The translations under genes were made by a program, and so were the position numbers. A stretch of 62,569 nucleotides of DNA, filler included. It is 10 parts of 10 records of this genome, joined end to end, with 100 filler letters (N's around TTAATTAATTAA, not from the genome) between each part and the next. Parts side by side here need not be neighbours in the genome. Positions count along the whole stretch, not along the records: positions 56,536 to 62,569 come from SRR31147125_300153; 9 more parts are not named here. One strand, 5' to 3'. Positions 56,638 through 62,569 of the stretch are shown piece after piece. Each line of letters starts with the position of its first letter. Positions within the stretch are counted from its first letter, which is position 1. Under the pieces are notes generated by a model, which saw only the letters and a list, made by a program, of their open reading frames with translations, had not been told where the DNA came from and searched no databases.

Positions 56638-57573
56638 TTACATCTGTGGCTCGTCATCTCTTTTTTGCCGACGCTCCTTGAACTGGAAGACCGCCTCCTT
56701 CACCGCACGCTCCAGAGTTGTCGGATCGTATCCCATCTCAAACGCCTTTCGGCTATCCAGAGTGCAATCCGGCGGTCGATCGAACGGCAAATCCATCTCA
56801 GCAATGCGCACCGGGCGGATCATGGCCGGCGCAATCTCCAGATCCGCAGCCACCATCAATCCCAAATCAAACCGGGAAACCCTGGTTCGTCCCCCCATAT
56901 TAAGCATACCCCGCGATCGCCCCACCAGGTCCAAGATCCCACGAGCAACACTCAGAACGTCCACCGGGGTTCGGTACTCATCAGTAAAAAGGGTCAGGGG
57001 GTGGCGGTTCACCACGGCATCGATCATTTGGGTTGAAAAGATTGCATCCGATCGGGGCCCCCATCCGAAAAGCAGCGGTAATCGGCACACCAGCGCCTCC
57101 GGATAGTGCTGCAGCACCAACGCTTCGGCCTCGGCCTTTTGCCGGCCATATTCACACACAGGATGGGGAACGGCATCTTCACCGTATGGTGCGTTCAGGC
57201 CACTGAACACCAGATCCGTAGAGGTGAAAACCAAATCGCAACCGATGTCGGTGCACAGTTGGGCAATATGGCGGGTAGCCCCCACATTGATCCGCGACGT
57301 TTCGCCGGAACGATCCTGACACTCACTCACCCGCGAAGCGGCCGCAGCATGAACGACCGCACTGGGGCTGACATCACGAAAGATGGCACTCAAGCCCTTC
57401 CGATCCGTCAACTCGGCCCGCACCAGGTGGATCCCCTTCGCTCGCGGCTTGTGCTGTCGATAAAGAGCATACACCTCCCATTGCGGACAGGCCAGCTCGC
57501 ACAGTGCATTTCCTAACATCCCACCGGCACCGGTGATGAGCAACCGGGGAGCAACTGGTCTCTCAATATTCAT
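56638..57573 (-). CDS. RmlD-like NAD(P)-dependent SDR (dTDP-4-dehydrorhamnose reductase family)
   Basis: LLITGAGGMLG, VVHAAA, FTSTDLVFSG, YGRQKAEAE and LFTDEYRTP. Confidence 0.88.
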   Translation of the reverse strand: MNIERPVAPRLLITGAGGMLGNALCELACPQWEVYALYRQHKPRAKGIHLVRAELTDRKGLSAIFRDVSPSAVVHAAAASRVSECQDRSGETSRINVGATRHIAQLCTDIGCDLVFTSTDLVFSGLNAPYGEDAVPHPVCEYGRQKAEAEALVLQHYPEALVCRLPLLFGWGPRSDAIFSTQMIDAVVNRHPLTLFTDEYRTPVDVLSVARGILDLVGRSRGMLNMGGRTRVSRFDLGLMVAADLEIAPAMIRPVRIAEMDLPFDRPPDCTLDSRKAFEMGYDPTTLERAVKEAVFQFKERRQKRDDEPQM

Positions 57574-57640
57574 CCGTTTGTGGTATAGCGCACCGGTAAC
57601 CATATCCCTCAACCGTCATCAAAAACGATCGAAACCAACA

Positions 57641-58726
57641 ATGAGATCCAACACCATTGCCTATTTCATCACAGACCACGGATTCGGCCACGCAACCCGG
57701 GCGGCCGCCGTCATGGCAGCCTTGGAGCGGCAAATCCCCAACGCAAGATTCGAGCTCTTCACAACCAGTCCCGAATGGCTATACGAAGATTCGCTCAAAA
57801 ACAGCTTCGGCTACCACTTGGTGCAGACCGATGTAGGGATGGTCCAGCTCTCTCCCCTGGCAGAGGATCTGCAAGCCACCTGTCGGGCGCTTGAACAGTG
57901 GCTCCCCTTCAATGATGACCTGGTCCGGCACCTGGCAGAAAGGGTCAACCAACTCGGATGCCGGCTCGTGATATGTGACATTTCAGCACTGGGTATCGCC
58001 GTGGCCCGTACAGCCGACATACCGTCCGTACTGGTCGAAAACTTCACCTGGGACTGGATCTATGCGGCTTACGGGAAAACATGCCCCGAAATGGTTGGAT
58101 TCGCGCTCTTTCTGAAGAAACAATACGGCAGGGCCGATATGCACATCCAGACCGAACCACTCTGCAACGCCGTGACGGGCGCGACCCGTCTGACGCCTAT
58201 CAGCAGAAGTCCGCAAACGCCACCGGTCGAGATCCGCAAGCAACTGAACATCCCCGTCGACGCAAAAATGGTCCTGCTCTCCATGGGAGGCGTACCGGAT
58301 CGCCACCAATTCCTGGATCAACTGCCTGAGGCCATCGATTCCTTCATCGTCATTCCCGGCTGTGAACGCCTGGCCGTCTCACACGACAAGGTCATCATAC
58401 TGCCGGCCCACTCTCGCTTCTTCCATCCCGATCTGCTTGCAGCAGCCGACCTTCTCATCGGTAAAGCCGGCTACAGCACCATTGCCGAAGCCTACCACGC
58501 AGGGGTGCCTTTCGGCTACATTGCCCGGAAGCAATCTCCCGAATCGCCGCCCCTGGAGCGGTTTATCCAGGAGCGCATGGTAGCGCTGCCGATCCCTGCC
58601 CAAACCTATTCGGATGGGCGATGGCTGCAAAAACTGCCAGAACTGTTAACGCTTTGCAAAAGCGTCAACAGTGAAGAAAACGGTGCCAATGCGGCCGCAC
58701 GGCACATCGTCGATCGGTATTTCTAA
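57641..58726 (+). CDS. GT-B glycosyltransferase-like protein (resembles the N-terminal domain of L-arabinokinase)
   Basis: YFITDHGFGHATRA, DVGMVQ, NFTWDWIY and HPDLLAAADLLIGKAGYSTIAEA. Confidence 0.75.
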   Translation: MRSNTIAYFITDHGFGHATRAAAVMAALERQIPNARFELFTTSPEWLYEDSLKNSFGYHLVQTDVGMVQLSPLAEDLQATCRALEQWLPFNDDLVRHLAERVNQLGCRLVICDISALGIAVARTADIPSVLVENFTWDWIYAAYGKTCPEMVGFALFLKKQYGRADMHIQTEPLCNAVTGATRLTPISRSPQTPPVEIRKQLNIPVDAKMVLLSMGGVPDRHQFLDQLPEAIDSFIVIPGCERLAVSHDKVIILPAHSRFFHPDLLAAADLLIGKAGYSTIAEAYHAGVPFGYIARKQSPESPPLERFIQERMVALPIPAQTYSDGRWLQKLPELLTLCKSVNSEENGANAAARHIVDRYF

Positions 58727-58781
58727 TCGTCAACTCGAAGCTTCGTCTACCGACAGGCCGTCTGCGAAATGATCTTCAGCC

Positions 58782-59627
58782 TTAAATCTTACTCACGACT
58801 CTATTGGTAATCGTACCGATCTTCTCAATCGAGCACGATACCTCATCCCCCTCCTGGAGAACGATGGGCGGGTCGCGAAAGATACCCACACCGGCCGGCG
58901 TGCCGGTGGAGATTACATCACCGGGCACCAGGGTGATATCTTCGCTGATGTTGGCAATCAGGGCCGGCAGGTCGAAAATCAGGTCCCGCGTATGCCCATC
59001 CTGCATAAGACGGCCGTTGACAGTGGCCGTGAGCCCCAAGTTGTGGGGATCGCCGATTTCATCCAAAGTCACCAAAGCCGGTCCCATAGGCGCAAAGGTA
59101 TCGAACGATTTGCCACGAAACCATTGGGAATCTGAAAATTGCGCCTCCCTGCCGGATACGTCATTCATCACCGTCACACCTGCGACGTATTCCATTGCTT
59201 GGGACCGGTCGATACGCTTGCCCTCCTTGCCGATCACAACGACCAACTCCACCTCCCAATCGACCTGGCCGGAGCTCTGTGGCAGCAGGATTGGATCGAA
59301 AGGTCCGTTTAGCGTGTTGGGCGTTTTGCAAAAAATCAGCGGGCTGACCGGGGCGTCGGAGCCCCCCTCCTTGGCATGCTCCTCATAATTCCTTCCCAGG
59401 CAGATGATTTTGGAAGGTCTGGTAACAGGCGGACCCAAGCGCTCCGTCGAATCGCCGGCATGATCCGCCAGATCCGGATCGGCCAGCCGCTCCAGCCACC
59501 CTTGGCGGAAAAACTGTTCGTCGATATCGGGCACATTCGGAAAGAGGTTACGCAAGTCTACAACACTCTCCCCAACCAGCAATCCCGGGCGCTCTTCTCC
59601 CGGCTTTCCCATTCGAATGAGTCTCAT
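58782..59627 (-). CDS. Fumarylacetoacetate hydrolase family protein
   Basis: KIICLGRNY.EHAKE, VDWEVEL, NDVSGR, GKSFDTFAPMGP and GDVISTGTPAGVG. Confidence 0.93.
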   Translation of the reverse strand: MRLIRMGKPGEERPGLLVGESVVDLRNLFPNVPDIDEQFFRQGWLERLADPDLADHAGDSTERLGPPVTRPSKIICLGRNYEEHAKEGGSDAPVSPLIFCKTPNTLNGPFDPILLPQSSGQVDWEVELVVVIGKEGKRIDRSQAMEYVAGVTVMNDVSGREAQFSDSQWFRGKSFDTFAPMGPALVTLDEIGDPHNLGLTATVNGRLMQDGHTRDLIFDLPALIANISEDITLVPGDVISTGTPAGVGIFRDPPIVLQEGDEVSCSIEKIGTITNRVVSKI

Positions 59628-59941
59628 CGTCACCTCAAGTCAAAAAAGTATAGGGGTTGGTGCAAACGCCGAACAGTCCATCAATCCTTTGCCTCACTAT
59701 CCTACCCTATGTGCCACGAATCGATATCGCTGTAAAGCTCAAGGCTTCAAGAGCCTGATATCTCAAAGAGATTCAAACCAACAAAACTTAAATAACATTT
59801 ATAATTCAGTTAAATAAAAACACCCCCGACCAAAAGCCGGATCTCAGTATGATTGTCTGACAAATTTTCGCTTGAATTTTACACCGCAATATGAAAATTC
59901 TGTTTGGATTGCGTGAACACGCCGTTGGAGGCCCAGATACC

Positions 59942-62461
59942 ATGCATGATTCTTTCCCCAAATCATCATCCGAACCGGCCGACGAAAAGCGCCCTGGTCC
60001 TCATATCGAGCAGAAACTAAAGAAACTCAGTGAATTGTTCAGCCTTCTGGGGTCCGATCCAGAGCAGAACATTCATATTATCGTGCAGCAGGCGTGTCAG
60101 TTGCTGGAGAGCGCCTGTTCGCTCTACAATCGAATAGATGACCTGCAGGCCTCCCTGGCGTGTTGGTCCGGATACAATTTGCCCCCGGGATTTCCGCCCA
60201 AGGATATGGGCCGCGGACATGTCTGTTACGAAGCGACCCTGAGAGGGGGCAACCAGCCTGTCGTTTTCGAAGATCTTACACAGACCCCCTATTTCGAAAG
60301 CGACCCCTATATCCAGCAATACGATCTCAAGAGCTATCTGGGCTATCCGGTGCATTGCCAGGGGAACATCATCGGAGGTCTGTGCGTCGTCGACACCAAC
60401 ACCCGAAAATTCAATGACATCGACACCTATATCATTGGAACCCTGGCCAAATTCCTCTCCCTTGAGGAGGAGCGCAAGCAGGCCGAAGCGGCATTGCGTC
60501 ATAGCGAAGGCAAACACCGCAAACTATATAAGATGATGCGCCTCATGGCCGACAACGTTCCGGACCTGATCTGGGCCAAGGACCTGGACGACCGCTACAT
60601 GTTCGCCAACCAGGCGTTGTGCGACAAACTGCTCAAGTGCCGGCATCCCGACGAAGCAATCGGCAATACCGAAATCCATTTCGCGCAGAAAGAACGGGAA
60701 CTCGGTCATCAGCACACCTTCCGGCAGGGGGACATCGACTCGGATGAAATCACGAAGCTGAGAAAATCGGCCGGCCGATTCCTTGAAGAGGGATTGATCC
60801 GCAACCACTATCTGATGCTCGACGTGCACAAAGCACCCTTCTGGGATGACAGCGGTCAACTGATCGGTACCGTTGGGTGCGCCCGCGACGTCACACGTGA
60901 GAAACAGACCGCCAAAGCGCTTGAGGAGAGTGAACAGCGTTACAAGGAGCTATACAACAACGCACCGGTCATGCTCTATTCACTGGACAGTGGAGACCGG
61001 GTTACGAGCGCAAGCAACCTGTGGTTGGAAACGATGGGCTTCTCGCGGGAGGAGGTCATCGGCCGATCCGCTTTCGACTTTTTTACTCCCCAGAGCCGCC
61101 GCGACGCCATCGAAAACTCCTTTCCCTCATTCTACAAATCGGGGCAGATCAAAAACCGCCCCTATCAATTCATCACCAAAGAGGGCCTCATCAAAGACGT
61201 GATGCTCAGCGCTATCGCCCAACGGGACGAGGAGGGCAACTATGCCGGAGCACTCGCTTTTGTGGTTGATGTGACGCTCAATCGGGAAGCTGAAAAAGAT
61301 CAGCGGCGGCTGGCCACACGCCTGCAGCAGGCCCAAAAAATGGAAGCGATCGCCACCCTGGCCGGTGGAATCGCTCATCAGTTCAACAACGCTCTGGCCG
61401 TCATCCTCGGCAATCTTGAACTGATCCAGATGGACGGCCTGGCCGACACCAAAATCATGCGTTTCGTTGAGCCGATCAACCAGGCCGGCCAAAAGATGGT
61501 CCAGTTGACCAGCCAACTGCTGGCCTACGCCCGCGGCGGGAAATTCCAAACCCAAATCGTAGACTCCCATCGTTTCGTAAATGAGACCCTCAGCCTGGTC
61601 AACCACAGCCTGTCGCCCTACGTGGAGCTCGAAACCGACCTGGACGAATCGACCGATCCCATCGAGGTGGACAGCACCCAAATGCAGATGCTGCTGGCCG
61701 CCATCCTCTCCAACGCCTCCGAGGCCATCGAAGAAAAAGGCAGTGTCCGCATCCAACTGCGCAACATGGAGGTGACGCCGGACGATTGCATCAAATATCA
61801 AGGCCTCAAAACCGGCCGGCATGTGCTGCTCACCATTACCGACAGCGGCAAGGGAATGGATCAGGAGACCCGCGAGCGTGTCTTCGAACCCTTTTACACC
61901 ACCAAATTTCAGGGCCGCGGTTTAGGCATGGCGGCCGTTTACGGCATCGTCAAAAAACACGGCGGATTTGTCTATGTGGATTCAGCTTTAGGAGAAGGCA
62001 CAACGGTCTCAATCTACCTGCCGTGTGCCCGATCCTCCTACGCCACAGCAGACGAGACCGTCAGACCTCTGCATAGGAGCGAAGGCAAAGGAACGGCCCT
62101 TATCATCGAAGACGAACATCTCGTCATGGAGGTGAACCGGGCCATCGTCGAGAAGCTGGGGTACGACGTGTTGGAGGCCAAATCGGGCAAAGAGGCGCTG
62201 CGCATTGCAGAACAGTATGGGGGTCACATCGACTTTGCATTGCTGGACGTCATCCTGCCCGATATGAGCGGCAACCAGATCTATCCAAAGCTGAAAGAGT
62301 TTCGCTCCAACCTGAAGGTGATTGTCTGCAGCGGCTTCACTCTGGACGGACCGGCACGCGAAATCCTCAACGCAGGCGCCGAGAGCTTTCTGCCCAAACC
62401 CTTCTCCGTCGCCGCCCTCTCCCAGGCACTGGAGGATATCCTAAATAAAAAGCGGGAATAG
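59942..62461 (+). CDS. Cytoplasmic hybrid sensor kinase GAF-PAS-PAS-HisKA-HATPase-REC
   Basis: GAF (SYLGYPV..GGLCVVD), PAS (NVPDLIWAKD; NAPVMLYSLD), QAQKMEAIATLAGGIAHQFNN, PFYTTKFQGRGLG and receiver LLDVILPDMSG..LPKPF. Confidence 0.93.
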   Translation: MHDSFPKSSSEPADEKRPGPHIEQKLKKLSELFSLLGSDPEQNIHIIVQQACQLLESACSLYNRIDDLQASLACWSGYNLPPGFPPKDMGRGHVCYEATLRGGNQPVVFEDLTQTPYFESDPYIQQYDLKSYLGYPVHCQGNIIGGLCVVDTNTRKFNDIDTYIIGTLAKFLSLEEERKQAEAALRHSEGKHRKLYKMMRLMADNVPDLIWAKDLDDRYMFANQALCDKLLKCRHPDEAIGNTEIHFAQKERELGHQHTFRQGDIDSDEITKLRKSAGRFLEEGLIRNHYLMLDVHKAPFWDDSGQLIGTVGCARDVTREKQTAKALEESEQRYKELYNNAPVMLYSLDSGDRVTSASNLWLETMGFSREEVIGRSAFDFFTPQSRRDAIENSFPSFYKSGQIKNRPYQFITKEGLIKDVMLSAIAQRDEEGNYAGALAFVVDVTLNREAEKDQRRLATRLQQAQKMEAIATLAGGIAHQFNNALAVILGNLELIQMDGLADTKIMRFVEPINQAGQKMVQLTSQLLAYARGGKFQTQIVDSHRFVNETLSLVNHSLSPYVELETDLDESTDPIEVDSTQMQMLLAAILSNASEAIEEKGSVRIQLRNMEVTPDDCIKYQGLKTGRHVLLTITDSGKGMDQETRERVFEPFYTTKFQGRGLGMAAVYGIVKKHGGFVYVDSALGEGTTVSIYLPCARSSYATADETVRPLHRSEGKGTALIIEDEHLVMEVNRAIVEKLGYDVLEAKSGKEALRIAEQYGGHIDFALLDVILPDMSGNQIYPKLKEFRSNLKVIVCSGFTLDGPAREILNAGAESFLPKPFSVAALSQALEDILNKKRE

Positions 62462-62569
62462 CCCCCTCCTCCTCCGCCATCCGATCCTATGGACGAGTGT
62501 CACCCGACGGCCTATAGGCGACGGTCACTGCCGTTGCCTACCAGTGCATAGAAAGAATCGACGATTTCC

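Noticed and set aside
1-62569. tRNA, rRNA, CRISPR arrays, transposases or integrases
   Set aside because: None recognised by eye. A tRNAscan or Rfam run would be needed to exclude small RNAs.

Overview
The window is not one locus. It is ten unrelated contigs joined by artificial 100-bp N/TTAATTAATTAA linkers. Contigs 1-5 (1-31802) come from a gene-dense, intron-rich microbial eukaryote with ~50-65 nt GT-AG introns and the standard code. They encode SYF2, an HCF101-type Fe-S scaffold, WDR75/UTP17, a DUF2009 protein, a peroxisomal TYSND1/DEG15 protease ending in SRL, a giant protein with at least four tandem subtilase modules, a WDR27-like protein, VPS72/YL1, a coronin-PH fusion, METTL18/HPM1 and a giant GCC2/GCC3-type Cys-rich protein. 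Contigs 6-10 (31903-62569) are bacterial and look like Desulfobacterota (inferred from QrcD-like and other genes). They encode a two-component system next to a DOMON-like heme protein, srkA, rnr, cysS, a peptide ABC transporter, a Cya2-like cyclase with guanylate-type specificity residues, Met-rich TonB-receptor and ABC-binding-protein genes, a pseudogene mosaic, a MalT/BTAD regulator, a qrcD-like gene and a hybrid kinase. Many single-base frameshifts sit in homopolymers and look like sequencing errors. The best leads are the multi-protease polyprotein, the Met-rich uptake system and the candidate bacterial guanylate cyclase. All family calls come from motif recognition by eye; no searches were run.
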